From Thermostichus sp. DRC_bins_24 (lineage in GTDB: Bacteria > Cyanobacteriota > Cyanobacteriia > Thermostichales > Thermostichaceae), in the NCBI GenBank assembly GCA_039794845.1, contig JAUQVK010000101.1, positions 50,416 through 114,415 of the forward strand: 64,000 bases of DNA, written 5' to 3'. The notes beneath the pieces were generated by a model that worked only from the letters and a program-made list of their open reading frames with translations, made no database searches and was not told where the DNA came from. Numbering within the stretch: position 1 is the stretch's first letter; each line of letters begins with the position of its first letter. This document shows positions 10,910 through 21,645 of this stretch, piece by piece. The position numbers were made by a program, and so were the translations under genes.

Positions 10910-11797
10910 ATGTCAAGCTCAGCACAGTTGGGCTCTGGGGATATCGACATCACCCGTGCCGCCATTGCCCCCATCCGCAACTATTCCGGTAAAGTTCTCA
11001 CCATTCTCAGTGCCGTCTTTGTGGCTGTAATCATCGTTCTCTTGGCGTGGGTACTTTGGGACGTTGCCAAAGAAGGGGTGCATAAGCTCACTTGGTACTC
11101 CTTTACCCAAGTCCGTTACCCTGCCCCTGGCTTGTCTGATGGGGGATTCGGTCATGCGATTGTCGGTAGCCTGATGGTGTTGGCAACGGGGGCAGCCTTG
11201 AGCTTTCCTTTCGGGATCCTGGCGGCGGTATATCTTTCGGAGTTTGGTCGCGGTACCCGTTTGGCCTATTTGGTCAAGTTCTCCTGTAACGTGCTCACGG
11301 GGGTGCCAGCCATTCTCTGTGGCCTATTTGCCTATGCGGTGGTGGTGCGGGGATCCGGCTTTTCCGCTTTTTCGGGGGGGATCGCACTGGGGGTGTTGAT
11401 GCTGCCCATCGTGATTCGCTCTACGGAAGAGGCGTTGTTGCTGGTGTCTCCCGATATGCGCTTGGCCTCGATTGGCTTGGGATCCACCCGCTTTCAAACC
11501 ACGATGCGGATTGTCCTGCCAGCAGCAGCTCCGGCGATTGTGACGGGGTTGATTTTGGCCTTGGCACGGGCGGCGGGTGAGGCGGCCCCCTTGCTGTTTA
11601 CCTCCTTCAACAACAACTTCTGGTCTACCAACCTATTTGGCCCGGTGGCTACTTTGCCGGTGATGACCTACTTCTTTGCCATCATTCCCTACAAACCCCA
11701 GCAAGAATTGGCTTGGGCGGGTGCTTTGGTGCTATTGGCGATGGTGCTAATCGCTAGCCTCCTCTCCCGCTTTGTGGTGCACAAAACCAAAAAGTAA
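10910..11797 (+). CDS. pstA: Phosphate ABC transporter permease PstA
   Basis: AAVYLSEF, RSTEEAL, ARAAGEAAPLLFT. Confidence 0.95.
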   Translation: MSSSAQLGSGDIDITRAAIAPIRNYSGKVLTILSAVFVAVIIVLLAWVLWDVAKEGVHKLTWYSFTQVRYPAPGLSDGGFGHAIVGSLMVLATGAALSFPFGILAAVYLSEFGRGTRLAYLVKFSCNVLTGVPAILCGLFAYAVVVRGSGFSAFSGGIALGVLMLPIVIRSTEEALLLVSPDMRLASIGLGSTRFQTTMRIVLPAAAPAIVTGLILALARAAGEAAPLLFTSFNNNFWSTNLFGPVATLPVMTYFFAIIPYKPQQELAWAGALVLLAMVLIASLLSRFVVHKTKK

Positions 11798-11854
11798 CTT
11801 GCTCTGTATCTTGCTTTCCCTCTCGAGACGATCGCGCAAGCGGTGTAAAACATT

Positions 11855-12679
11855 ATGAACTCTAACCCTGTGAGTGGTGCCATGCAAACCAAATCCCCCA
11901 ACCAAACTTCCTACGTTTTCAAAACCGAAAATCTGAACGTCTATTACGGCTCTAACCTGGCGGTGAAAAACGTCAATTTAGACATTCCCGCTCGGCAGAT
12001 CACCGCCTTTATCGGCCCCTCCGGCTGTGGCAAAAGTACCGTCTTGCGCTGCTTTAACCGCACCAACGATTTGATCCCTGGCGCACGGGTAGAAGGCAAG
12101 CTCACCTACCACGGCAAAGACCTCTACGCCGAAAACGTGGATCCGGTGTCGGTACGGCGACGCATTGGCATGGTGTTCCAAAAGCCCAACCCTTTTCCCA
12201 AAACCATCTACGACAACATCGCCTACGGCCCACGGGTGCTGGGCATGAAGGTGGATATGGACGAAGTGGTGGAAACCTCTCTAAAGCGGGCTGCCCTTTG
12301 GGATGAAGTCAAAGACAAACTCAAAGAAAGTGGCCAATCGTTGTCGGGGGGGCAGCAGCAGCGTCTGTGTATCGCCCGTGCTTTGGCGGTGAAGCCGGAT
12401 GTGATCTTGATGGATGAGCCTTGCTCCGCTTTGGATCCGATTTCTACCCGCCGCATTGAGGAGCTGATGAAGGAGCTGGAGGAGGAGTACACGATCATCA
12501 TCGTTACCCACAATATGCAGCAGGCCAGCCGTGTTTCCGATATGACTGCCTTTTTCAGCGTGGAATTGGTGGGATCCAACCGCGTCGGCGAGCTGATGGA
12601 GTTCGATAAAACTGAGGTGATCTTCAACAATCCTGTTAAGGAAGCCACCAAGGATTACGTGGAAGGCCGCTTCGGCTAA
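11855..12679 (+). CDS. pstB: Phosphate ABC transporter ATPase
   Basis: [51 protein letters not shown]. Confidence 0.98.
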   Translation: MNSNPVSGAMQTKSPNQTSYVFKTENLNVYYGSNLAVKNVNLDIPARQITAFIGPSGCGKSTVLRCFNRTNDLIPGARVEGKLTYHGKDLYAENVDPVSVRRRIGMVFQKPNPFPKTIYDNIAYGPRVLGMKVDMDEVVETSLKRAALWDEVKDKLKESGQSLSGGQQQRLCIARALAVKPDVILMDEPCSALDPISTRRIEELMKELEEEYTIIIVTHNMQQASRVSDMTAFFSVELVGSNRVGELMEFDKTEVIFNNPVKEATKDYVEGRFG

Positions 12680-12807
12680 ACCGATTGGCCGCGCAGGGGA
12701 TCCCCGGAGGCAAGATACCCCTTCAGACTGTTCTTGACGAACTCTTTTGTCAACCCTTTCCACCGATGATCGGGGTCTAGAACGATTGCTTTTGAATAGG
12801 GATCCCT

Positions 12808-14175
12808 ATGACCGTTGCCGCTCCGGATAAGCTGCAAGCCTTACGTTCCGCCCTCACCGGCATTGAAATCATCACGGATCCGGTGCAGATCACCAAGTTA
12901 TCGCTGGATTTTTATCATTACAGCCCCGTGCTCACCCGGCAACTGAGCGACAAACGAGGGGATCTGGTAGTACGCCCCGCCAATGAGGCAGAAGTGTTGC
13001 GGGTAGCGGCAGCCTGTGCCCAACAACGGATCCCGGTCACGATTCGCGGCGCCGGGACAGGCAACTACGGCCAGTGCATTCCGATGGCGGGCGGTGTCAT
13101 CCTGGATGTGAGCAAGCTGAACCAGGTGCTCTGGGCTAAACCCGGAGTGGCACGGGTTCAGGCGGGGGCCAAGTTGATGGCCATCGACAAACAAACCCGC
13201 GAGATTGGTTGGGAGATCCGCATGGCCCCTTCCACCTATCGCACTGCCACAATTGGGGGCTTTATTGCTGGCGGCAGTGGGGGCATTGGCTCCATCACCT
13301 ACGGTCAACTGCGGGATCGGGGCAATATCCTAGGGTTGCGGGTGGTCACCTTGGAGGAAGAACCGCGCATTATTGAGCTGCGAGGAGATGAAGTTTTCAA
13401 GGTCAGCCATGCCTGGGGACTCAACGGCATCATCACCGAAGTGGAAATTCCTCTGGGGCCTGCTTACCCTTGGGCAGAATTGGTGGTGGCCTTTCCCCGT
13501 GAGGGGGGCTTTATGCCCTGTGCCCATTTTGGTCAAGCCCTGGGAGACGCGGACGGGATCATCAAAAAAATGATCAGCCTGCACGCCTGGCCCATCCCCA
13601 GTTACTTTGCACCGCTACGGGGATCCATACCCGAGGGATCCGCCATTGCCCTGCTGATGATTGCCGAATCGAGTGTCGAACCCCTGATGGAGTTGATCCG
13701 CGAACATGGAGGCCAGGTGGTTTACCACAAAACCGCCCAAGAGGCCAGCAAAGGGATCATGCTGGGGGAATTCACCTGGAACCACACCACCCTACACTGT
13801 CGCAGCGTCGACACAGGCCTTACCTATTTGCAATCGGCTTTTCCGACCGACCGAGAGCTGAAAATGGTGCAGCACATGTATGAGTATTTTGGCGATGAAG
13901 TGCTGATGCACCTGGAGTTTATCCGTATTGATGGGCAAGCTACCCCGGTAGGTTTACAAATTGTGCGTTTTACCACCGAAGATCGCCTCAATGAGATTAT
14001 GCGCTACCACGAAGAGCATGGGGTATTCATCGCCAACCCCCATACGTTCATCATCGAAGATGGCGGGCGCAAAGTGATGGATCCACGTCAGATTCGCTTC
14101 AAAGAAGAAGTGGATCCCTATGGGTTGCTCAACCCCGGAAAAATGCGCACCTGGACGGAACGAGCCTCAGCATAG
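12808..14175 (+). CDS. FAD-binding oxidoreductase (GlcD/VAO family)
   Basis: RGAGTGNYGQ, ATIGGFIAGGSGG, C-terminal DPYGLLNPGK. Confidence 0.9.
   Translation: MTVAAPDKLQALRSALTGIEIITDPVQITKLSLDFYHYSPVLTRQLSDKRGDLVVRPANEAEVLRVAAACAQQRIPVTIRGAGTGNYGQCIPMAGGVILDVSKLNQVLWAKPGVARVQAGAKLMAIDKQTREIGWEIRMAPSTYRTATIGGFIAGGSGGIGSITYGQLRDRGNILGLRVVTLEEEPRIIELRGDEVFKVSHAWGLNGIITEVEIPLGPAYPWAELVVAFPREGGFMPCAHFGQALGDADGIIKKMISLHAWPIPSYFAPLRGSIPEGSAIALLMIAESSVEPLMELIREHGGQVVYHKTAQEASKGIMLGEFTWNHTTLHCRSVDTGLTYLQSAFPTDRELKMVQHMYEYFGDEVLMHLEFIRIDGQATPVGLQIVRFTTEDRLNEIMRYHEEHGVFIANPHTFIIEDGGRKVMDPRQIRFKEEVDPYGLLNPGKMRTWTERASA
14119..14171 (+). repeat. 53-bp direct repeat, copy 1 (3' end of the oxidoreductase gene)
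   Basis: Matches 14948-15000 with 3 mismatches. Confidence 0.92.
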
Positions 14176-14203
14176 TCTACTTGATCTAGTTGATCTAGAA
14201 GGT

Positions 14204-14479
14204 TTACATCTGTCCCAACAACTTGTCGTATTCTGCATGGGAGCCGATCCAAAACCAGATCATGGTATCCCCATCAACCTGACCTACCGCCCGGTAGTTC
14301 TTGCTAATACGGGCAGAATAAAAATAAATTGGCAACTCTGGGTGCACTTTTTTGAAATGTAGACTGGGATAGTTCGGATCTTCCTGGAACAGGCGATAGG
14401 CTGCACGGGCCTGCTGTTGAACCTGCTCAGGCAATCCAGTAAACAACTTACGAAACTGGGCTGTAGTGCGCGACTTCAC
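14204..14479 (-). CDS. RelE/ParE-like type II toxin
   Basis: MKSRTTAQFRKLFTGLPEQVQ...DPNYPSLHFKKV...YRAVG...WFWIGSHAEYDKL; GTGA overlap with the upstream gene. Confidence 0.85.
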   Translation of the reverse strand: MKSRTTAQFRKLFTGLPEQVQQQARAAYRLFQEDPNYPSLHFKKVHPELPIYFYSARISKNYRAVGQVDGDTMIWFWIGSHAEYDKLLGQM

Positions 14480-14694
14480 AGCGTCTCTGGATTAAGTTCC
14501 TGGGTTTCTCCGGCCTGATACTCAGCCATTGCTGAAGCTGCGAGTTTGGCAAGCACATCTGGAGAACGGGAGAAGGTTTCATCCCAACGACGCTCATCCT
14601 CAATCTCTTCCAGGATAATTGAAGCAATTGCGTTTTGCTCACTTTCAGGCAAAGACTGCAACCTGGCGATTGCATGCTGAAGCAACTCAGTCAT
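14476..14694 (-). CDS. Putative antitoxin
   Basis: Small acidic protein (LPESEQNAIASIILEEIEDERRWDETF) directly upstream of, and overlapping, the toxin. Confidence 0.8.
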   Translation of the reverse strand: MTELLQHAIARLQSLPESEQNAIASIILEEIEDERRWDETFSRSPDVLAKLAASAMAEYQAGETQELNPETL

Positions 14695-14759
14695 CACCAC
14701 TCTACCCGTCACTTCATACCGACTTTATCCACTATCGCAGCTCTCAGGGAGATTGGGCA

Positions 14760-14942
14760 TACAGCCCTTGCGCGGGTTTTCTACAGCAGGGCTTATGCTT
14801 CCTCCTCTCGCTAGGCGAGGTGCGGAGCACCACCCCTCCGGGAGATAGGTCTCAACCTCCATAGCTGTTACATATGACTAGCGGTGCCCTATGGGCCGCC
14901 ATGGGCGAACGCGCCAGCGTGCCCTGGGCGTAAAGGGCTGTA
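14760..14942. mobile_element. MITE family 1, copy A
   Basis: Ends TACAGCCCTT...AAGGGCTGTA; its reverse complement aligns with 56519-56672. Confidence 0.85.
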
Positions 14943-14947
14943 CTCTG

Positions 14948-15000
14948 TATGGGTTGCTCAACCCCGGTAAAATGCGCACCTGGATGGAACGAGCCTCGGC
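14948..15000 (+). repeat. 53-bp direct repeat, copy 2 (orphan 3' end of the oxidoreductase gene)
   Basis: TATGGGTTGCTCAACCCCGGTAAAATGCGCACCTGGATGGAACGAGCCTCGGC; the frame stays open to TAA at 15041-15043. Confidence 0.92.
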
Positions 15001-15101
15001 TTGGGATATTGGGTTTCTAACTGTCTCTGCTGCCGGCAATTAAGGAGACGATAAGGTAAATGATCCCTAACGAGATGGCAGCTTCTTCCAAAACTCACGT
15101 C

Positions 15102-15728
15102 CTAAAACTCACGCCCCTGCCCGAAGGCCAGAACTTCGTCCACCCCCAAACGGGGCTTGCGAGGCCAATTCCCCGGTGCCGCATACCCAACAGGCAGCAA
15201 CATCACCGGCACATAGCGCTCAGAAATGCCAAATTCCCGCTTCACCCCTTCCGGATCAAAACCAATCATCGGGCCGCTGACATAGCCTTTGGCTTGGGCT
15301 GCGATCATCAGGGCCATGGCTGCCATTGCCCCTGAGCGAATGGCCTCATCCCGGGCCAGCGTGGCATTGTTGCGGTAGGCACTCTGGGCCATGTTCACCC
15401 AACTTTCGGCTTTCTCGGCAGGGAGGATCCCGGCAGCAACTGTTTGCTCAACAATCTGGGGCATTTTTTCGTAAGCCAGGAGATCCCCAAGGATGATAAA
15501 CACCACCGGGGCATCGGCCACCTTCTGTTGGTTATAGGCCACGGATTTGAGGCGCTCTTTGGCCTCTTGCTCCGTGACGGCAACAAATCGCCAATGCTGA
15601 ATGTTGTAAGCAGAAGGCGCTTCCACAGCATAGGCAACCAACTCCTTAATCTCGGCTTCCGATAATGGGCGGCTGCTGTCAAACTTGTTGGCGGAAATGC
15701 GCGCTTTCAAAGCATCTAGGGCGTTCAT
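15102..15728 (-). CDS. Nitroreductase family protein
   Basis: [30 protein letters not shown]; start at MNALDAL with GGAGA upstream. Confidence 0.92.
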   Translation of the reverse strand: MNALDALKARISANKFDSSRPLSEAEIKELVAYAVEAPSAYNIQHWRFVAVTEQEAKERLKSVAYNQQKVADAPVVFIILGDLLAYEKMPQIVEQTVAAGILPAEKAESWVNMAQSAYRNNATLARDEAIRSGAMAAMALMIAAQAKGYVSGPMIGFDPEGVKREFGISERYVPVMLLPVGYAAPGNWPRKPRLGVDEVLAFGQGREF

Positions 15729-16026
15729 AAGATTCTCCATTCTCCTCTCAATCAAAACATTCCAGGGCTCGGGCATCGGGGGGCAACGGTTCTAGAGTAA
15801 AGGCAAAGACCGCACCCAGAGGGTTTTTCTCGGCCTGAAGGGGCAACGAGCTGCCTGTCGGAGCTTAGACTCATGTTCAAGCCACCGATCAACCCTTCAT
15901 CCCCAACAGGGATCCCTGAGTCAGAGGCAGTTATGATGAGAAGGCGAGCAGCTGCCAAGCGGGCTCTGTATTGTTGAGAGATTGTTGGTTGAGAGAAGCG
16001 GTGTGGTTGATGGGGAGAAACAGTCT

Positions 16027-16947
16027 GTGAGTCTGGGTCGGGTGCTGACGGCAATGGTTACCCCTTTTACCGCTGGGGGGGATCTCAATTATGACGAAGC
16101 CGCTCGTTTGGCTGACTATTTGGTTACCCATGGCAGCGATGGTTTGGTGGTCTGCGGCACCACCGGCGAGTCTCCCACCCTGACTTGGCAAGAGGAGTTT
16201 GAGCTGTTCCGTGTGGTGCGAGATGCCGTGGCGGGTCGGGCTAAGGTGATTGCCGGGACCGGATCCAACTCCACTCGAGAGGCAGTCGAGGCCACGAAAA
16301 AGGCTGCCCAGTTAGGTTTGGATGGCTCTTTACAAGTGGTGCCCTACTACAACAAGCCCACCCAAGCTGGTTTGTATCAGCATTTTAAGGCCATTGCCGA
16401 GGCTAGCGACCTGCCGATCCTGCTGTACAACATTCCCGGTCGGACGGGGGCTAGCTTGCAACCAGAAACCGTGGCGAAATTAGCGGAGTTGGAAACGATT
16501 GTCGCCATCAAGGAAGCCAGTGGTATCATGGATGTAGTTTCGGAAATTCGACGACTGACTCCTCCTCGCTTTGGCATCTATTCAGGAGACGACTCTCTGA
16601 CGCTGCCGATTTTGTCCTTAGGAGGTGGTGGCGTGGTTAGTGTAGCCAGTCACTTGGTTGGGTTGCAGTTGCAGGAGTTGATCCAAAGCCATAGCAGAGG
16701 GCAGCACGATCAAGCCCTGGCCCACCACTTGCGTCTGTTTCCGTTGTTCAAGGCTTTATTCGTCGAGACCAATCCTGTGCCGGTCAAGGCGGCTTTGGAA
16801 ATGCAGGGCTGGCGGGTGGGGCAGGTGCGTCCCCCTCTGGCGCCTCTACAGGCTAGCTCTCTACAGGTCTTACGACAGGTGCTCAACGAGATGGGTTTGC
16901 TGGCTGAATCAAAGGGATCTGAACGAGTTACGGCACAGGTTTCATGA
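16027..16947 (+). CDS. dapA: 4-hydroxy-tetrahydrodipicolinate synthase
   Basis: [35 protein letters not shown] start inferred. Confidence 0.97.
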   Translation: MSLGRVLTAMVTPFTAGGDLNYDEAARLADYLVTHGSDGLVVCGTTGESPTLTWQEEFELFRVVRDAVAGRAKVIAGTGSNSTREAVEATKKAAQLGLDGSLQVVPYYNKPTQAGLYQHFKAIAEASDLPILLYNIPGRTGASLQPETVAKLAELETIVAIKEASGIMDVVSEIRRLTPPRFGIYSGDDSLTLPILSLGGGGVVSVASHLVGLQLQELIQSHSRGQHDQALAHHLRLFPLFKALFVETNPVPVKAALEMQGWRVGQVRPPLAPLQASSLQVLRQVLNEMGLLAESKGSERVTAQVS

Positions 16948-17179
16948 TGGCATTTCTCCAAGTTTTGCCTCTACTATGACTAGGGTTCTTAAGGGTTTAC
17001 ATGGGGTTCTTCTGTGGCGTTTGACCTGTGGGTAAGTCCTGACCCTAACGTCATTTCACTCTTTCCCAACCCAGGGAATGCACGAGTTGCAGTAGCCGCA
17101 TCCAGCTTTCTTTCAAACTTTGCTGGGGTTGGCCTGCGTAGATTTCGGGTTTGTTTTACTGTTGAGGATCTAGACCTTT

Positions 17180-19018
17180 ATGCCAACACCACGTACTTCG
17201 GTTGCTTCTCGTCCTGGGGCTTTGCCCCCCACCTCTCCTGTTCAGATGATCCCGCTGGGGGGCGAACGGGAGATCGGCAAAAACACTTGGGCCTTCCGCT
17301 ACGAAGACGACATTATCCTCCTGGATGCCGGTTTGGCCTTTCCGGATGAGAGCATGCACGGTGTGAACGTCGTGCTGCCGGATATGTCCTATATCAAGCA
17401 AAACCGCGACAAAGTGCGGGGGATGGTGGTCACCCACGGCCATGAGGATCACATCGGCGGGATCCCTTACCACCTGCGGGAGTTCGATATTCCCGTCATC
17501 TACGGCCCTAAGTTGGCGCTGGCCTTGCTGGAAGAAAAGCTGCGGGATGTGGGTCTGCTCAACCGCACGGAATTGCGCACCGTTGGTCCCCGCGAGATCG
17601 TGCCCCTGAGCAAGCACTTCTTTGCGGAGTTCATCCGCAATACTCACTCGTTTGCCGACAGTTTTACGGTGGCTTTGCACACCCCCGCCGGGGTGATCAT
17701 CCAAACCGGGGACTTCAAGATCGACCACACCCCTGTGGATGGGGAGTATTTCGACCTGCAACGGCTGGCAGAGCATGGGGAAAAGGGCGTCTTGTGCCTG
17801 ATTAGCGACTCCACCAACGCCGAAGTGCCGGGATTTACCCCTTCTGAGGCTTCTGTGTTGCCGGGCCTCACCAAAGCGATTGCGGGAGCTAAGGGCCGGG
17901 TGATCATCACCACCTTCGCCTCTTCGGTACACCGTCTGAATTTGGTGTTGCAGGCTGCCGAACAACAGGGGCGGGTGGTGTCTTTGTTGGGCCGTTCCAT
18001 GTTGAACGTGGTGGCTCATGCTCGGCGCTTGGGGTACATCCACTGCAAGGACGAAACCCTGCAGCCGATGCATGTGATCAACAACTTGCCCGATGACCAG
18101 GTGATCATTCTCACCACCGGATCCCAAGGGGAGCCCCTGGCGGCCCTCACCCGCATTGCCAATGGCGAACACCCTCAACTGCAGATCAAGCCCGGCGATA
18201 CAGTGGTGTGGTCAGCCAACCCGATTCCCGGCAATGTCATTCCGGTGTCACGGGTGATCGACAAGCTGATGGAGTTGGGGGCCAACGTGATTTACGGCAA
18301 AGATAAGGGCCTGCACGTCTCCGGCCACGGCTGCCAGGAAGACCAAAAGCTAATGTTAGCCCTGACCCGCCCGAAATTCTTCGTGCCCACCCACGGCGAG
18401 TACCGCATGTTGCTCAAGCATGCCGAAACCGCCATGAGTATGGGGATCCCGCGGGAAAACATTGTCATTGTCGACAACGGTGATGTGGTGGAGGTGAGCC
18501 AGGATCGTATCGCTGTCGTCGACAAGGTGCCTTCTGGCCTACAGATGATGGATGACTCCCGCGCCGGGGTGGTCATGGATAAGGTGCTGCAGGAGCGGCA
18601 ACAAATCGCTAAAGATGGCATGGTAACGGTGGTGCTCAGCCTGGATAGGAGCGGCCAGTTGCTCTACACTCCGCAGATCCAAACCTTTGGCCTGGCGGGG
18701 GAGGCCAAAAATCTCAAGGGATCCGCCTTAAAACCGCTGTTGGAGGAGACTCTCCAACAGGAATGGCCTCGCTTTGCCCGATCGTTAGAACGGGGCAGCG
18801 TGGATATCGACTGGGCTGGCCTCAAGGGAGAACTGGAGCGGGTGGTGCGTCGCTTTGTGCGGGAGCAGATGCTGAGTAAACCCACGGTGGTGGTCTTTGT
18901 CCAATCCCCCGAGCAGGAATCAGCCCCTTCTCTGCCGGCGTCTGGTTCCCGACAGGAACGGGTAGCGGATGCTTCTTCGCGGCGGCGGCGCTCCTCGACG
19001 GCTGTGGTGGCCTCCTAG
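17180..19018 (+). CDS. rnj: Ribonuclease J
   Basis: PLGGEREIGKN, THGHEDHIGG, TGDFKID, HVSGHG. Confidence 0.97.
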   Translation: MPTPRTSVASRPGALPPTSPVQMIPLGGEREIGKNTWAFRYEDDIILLDAGLAFPDESMHGVNVVLPDMSYIKQNRDKVRGMVVTHGHEDHIGGIPYHLREFDIPVIYGPKLALALLEEKLRDVGLLNRTELRTVGPREIVPLSKHFFAEFIRNTHSFADSFTVALHTPAGVIIQTGDFKIDHTPVDGEYFDLQRLAEHGEKGVLCLISDSTNAEVPGFTPSEASVLPGLTKAIAGAKGRVIITTFASSVHRLNLVLQAAEQQGRVVSLLGRSMLNVVAHARRLGYIHCKDETLQPMHVINNLPDDQVIILTTGSQGEPLAALTRIANGEHPQLQIKPGDTVVWSANPIPGNVIPVSRVIDKLMELGANVIYGKDKGLHVSGHGCQEDQKLMLALTRPKFFVPTHGEYRMLLKHAETAMSMGIPRENIVIVDNGDVVEVSQDRIAVVDKVPSGLQMMDDSRAGVVMDKVLQERQQIAKDGMVTVVLSLDRSGQLLYTPQIQTFGLAGEAKNLKGSALKPLLEETLQQEWPRFARSLERGSVDIDWAGLKGELERVVRRFVREQMLSKPTVVVFVQSPEQESAPSLPASGSRQERVADASSRRRRSSTAVVAS

Positions 19019-19080
19019 AACCGGCCCCTGGGCTACGCCAGAGTGGTCCTCGCGAACATTCGGGATCCCTACAAGGGATC

Positions 19081-20100
19081 CTATTTTTCATCCGGGAAAT
19101 TTCTCAGCCAGGACTCCATCTCGCTGACGCGATCAGCCCCATCCAGTTCCGGCAGGGATCCCCTCTCGGTGAAAGGGGGACAAGTGGATTGCGGGGGAGT
19201 GGGTTGCTGAATGGCTCTCAAGAAAACATCGGCCAAGTCGGCATAACCTCGGTCATTGGGGTGAAAGCCATCGGCAATTGGCCCAGGGAAAAAGGAGTCG
19301 CGGCTGTAGGAGCGTGGATCGCAGAGCACATCCACCACCGGGATCCCCTGCTGGCTGAGGGGGTTAATGACCCGTTGACTCAGGCCAAGGGAAACCGTAG
19401 CCAACAGTTGGCGCACACTGCCGGGTTGCTGTTGCCCCAAAGGGATCAGGGCAAAGTTGGGTAGGTTGGCCACCACAATGCGGGCCTGTGGGGCACGGGC
19501 GCGGATCCCTTGCAGCAGCGTTTGGTAGTCGGTGGCAAATTGCTCGATTTGACGGTCGATAAAAGAAAAGGGATCCCCTCCCGCTAGGGCAAAGCGAGCG
19601 GCCGCCAGGGTAATGGCGTTGGTGTCGTTCCCTCCGATCCAGAGGGTAACCAGGGTGGTTTCGGGGGGAATGCGCGGCACTTGATCTTGTAACAAATTGG
19701 CCGGGATAGACGGCCCCAAAGCTTGAATCTCTGGGCTGATCACCGCCCCTGAACGGCCCAAGTTGGTCAGCAGAACCGGTGGCGGCAAAGATTGGGCCAG
19801 ACGGGGCACATAGCCGGTTCCATTGGGGCACTCCAGGGGATCCGATCGCTGCGGTCGGGTTCCGGCCAGGTTGGCGGGGCCATCACAGGAAACGGACGCA
19901 TTGATACCAACCGCATCGCTAGCCCCCAGAGCCGTGTAACGGGTGAGGGTGGGCGGGCGGGTCACCACCGACTCGGAGCCTCCAGAACAGGCGACTAAAC
20001 CCAAACTGAGGGTGAGGGTTAAGGCCAGAAGCAATCCAGTCCAGCGCTGTCGGGTTACCGCTCGGGAGAATGGGGGATCCCCTAACGTATTGACACTCAT
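19081..20100 (-). CDS. SGNH/GDSL hydrolase, probable lipoprotein
   Basis: ALGASDAVG, IGGND, DGFHPNDRGY; lipobox LVAC. Confidence 0.9.
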   Translation of the reverse strand: MSVNTLGDPPFSRAVTRQRWTGLLLALTLTLSLGLVACSGGSESVVTRPPTLTRYTALGASDAVGINASVSCDGPANLAGTRPQRSDPLECPNGTGYVPRLAQSLPPPVLLTNLGRSGAVISPEIQALGPSIPANLLQDQVPRIPPETTLVTLWIGGNDTNAITLAAARFALAGGDPFSFIDRQIEQFATDYQTLLQGIRARAPQARIVVANLPNFALIPLGQQQPGSVRQLLATVSLGLSQRVINPLSQQGIPVVDVLCDPRSYSRDSFFPGPIADGFHPNDRGYADLADVFLRAIQQPTPPQSTCPPFTERGSLPELDGADRVSEMESWLRNFPDEK

Positions 20101-20261
20101 CGACTCTGTTTCCCTCTTGCGACCTGCGGTTGCTCACCGCCAGCGGCGAGGTCCATGAAACACCTAGGGCATCCTAGCCAAGAATATGAAGCGGGCTATT
20201 CCTGTGGAAGGCTGTTGCAGCTCCAGCGGCCAAGAAAGGGAGCAGCGAGTATCGTGGGAGT

Positions 20262-21551
20262 ATGGCGCTGCGTTTTTGCAAGTCCCGCACCTATCACGAT
20301 CCCCTGCACGGAGCCATCAGCCTCGATGGAGGGGATGCAGTTGAGGCACTGCTCATTCGCCTGATCGATACCCCCGCCTTCCAGCGCCTGCGTCGGATTC
20401 GCCAGCTGGACACCGCCTTTTTCACGTTCCATGGGGCGGAGGGATCCCGGTTTACCCATTCAGTGGGGGTATTGCACATCGCCCGGCGACTGTTCGACAA
20501 ATTGGCCCGCCGCTACGTGGAGTTGCGCCCCTATCGAGCCGTGACCCTTGCCTCTGCCCTGCTGCACGATATCGGCCATAGCCCCTTTAGCCACGCCGGG
20601 GAGGAGATCTTCGGTTGCCACCACGAAGTCTGGACAGCTCGCATTTTACAAGAGGATCCCCAGGTGTCTTCGTTGCTGGCGGAGTTTGATCCTCAGCTTC
20701 CGACCCAGATGCAGCAGGTGTTGCAGAAGCAGTTTCCCTTGCCGCTGGTGGGGCAGCTGATCTCCAGCCAGCTGGACTGCGACCGCTTCGATTACCTCAT
20801 GCGCGATAGCCTGCTCACCGGTGCTCAGTACGGCCATCTGGATTTGGATCGGATTGTAACGGTGCTGGATTATGACCCGGAAACGGGATCCCTTGCCATT
20901 CCGGCCCGCAAAGGCTTGGGGGCAATCGAACATTACTTGGTGGTGCGCTATTTCATGTACACCCAGGTGTACCAGCACCCAAAAAGTTTGTGTGCCCGCT
21001 TCATTCTGGATCGGCTGTTCAAACGGGCGCAGTTGTTGTTGCAAAAAGGGGAACTGGAACTGGATCCCGTCTTGACGGCTTGGTCTTGGGCTTCGCTGGC
21101 CGCCCAAAAAGGGGATCCCTTTGATTTGCCCTTGCCCCTCTACCTAGCGGCGGATGATGTGCTCTTTAGCTATCCGTTGCGCTTTTGGGCGATGTTTGCG
21201 GTTGACCCCATTTTGTCGGATCTGTCGCGGCGCTACCTGGATCGGGATTTGTTTAAGGCCCGTAACCTCTCCCACTTGCCCGAAGACCGGCGAGAAAAAC
21301 TGCTCGCCACCGTCAGCGAGAAAATGCTGCGGGATGGACTGGATCCCGAAAGTTACCTAGGGATCCGCTCAGCCCACACCCAGGGCTACAGCCTCTACGC
21401 CCAAGGGATCCAACTAAAAACCGACCGAGGTTACGAAGAAATTGCCGATCTCTCCCCCCTAGTGCGCTCCCTTGTAGAAACCCAACTGCAAGTCTGGTTG
21501 ATCTTTCCCCGCCCCTACAGCGATATCGTCGAGGGGTTTTTGTATGCCTAA
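20262..21551 (+). CDS. HD-domain phosphohydrolase (dNTPase-like)
   Basis: FQRLRRIRQL, SRFTHSVG, LLHDIGHSPFSH, DCDRFDYL. Confidence 0.93.
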   Translation: MALRFCKSRTYHDPLHGAISLDGGDAVEALLIRLIDTPAFQRLRRIRQLDTAFFTFHGAEGSRFTHSVGVLHIARRLFDKLARRYVELRPYRAVTLASALLHDIGHSPFSHAGEEIFGCHHEVWTARILQEDPQVSSLLAEFDPQLPTQMQQVLQKQFPLPLVGQLISSQLDCDRFDYLMRDSLLTGAQYGHLDLDRIVTVLDYDPETGSLAIPARKGLGAIEHYLVVRYFMYTQVYQHPKSLCARFILDRLFKRAQLLLQKGELELDPVLTAWSWASLAAQKGDPFDLPLPLYLAADDVLFSYPLRFWAMFAVDPILSDLSRRYLDRDLFKARNLSHLPEDRREKLLATVSEKMLRDGLDPESYLGIRSAHTQGYSLYAQGIQLKTDRGYEEIADLSPLVRSLVETQLQVWLIFPRPYSDIVEGFLYA

Positions 21552-21575
21552 TGCACTTCAGATGGGAATGGGCGG
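21449..21575 (+). repeat. 127-bp direct repeat, copy 1 (3' end of the HD gene plus 24 bp downstream)
   Basis: Matches 24025-24151 with 5 mismatches. Confidence 0.95.
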
Positions 21576-21645
21576 AGCCTTTCGAGACTTATTGAGCGTG
21601 GAGTCGGGATCTGCTCGGTAACCATCGGGTCCCTTACCAGGCTAG

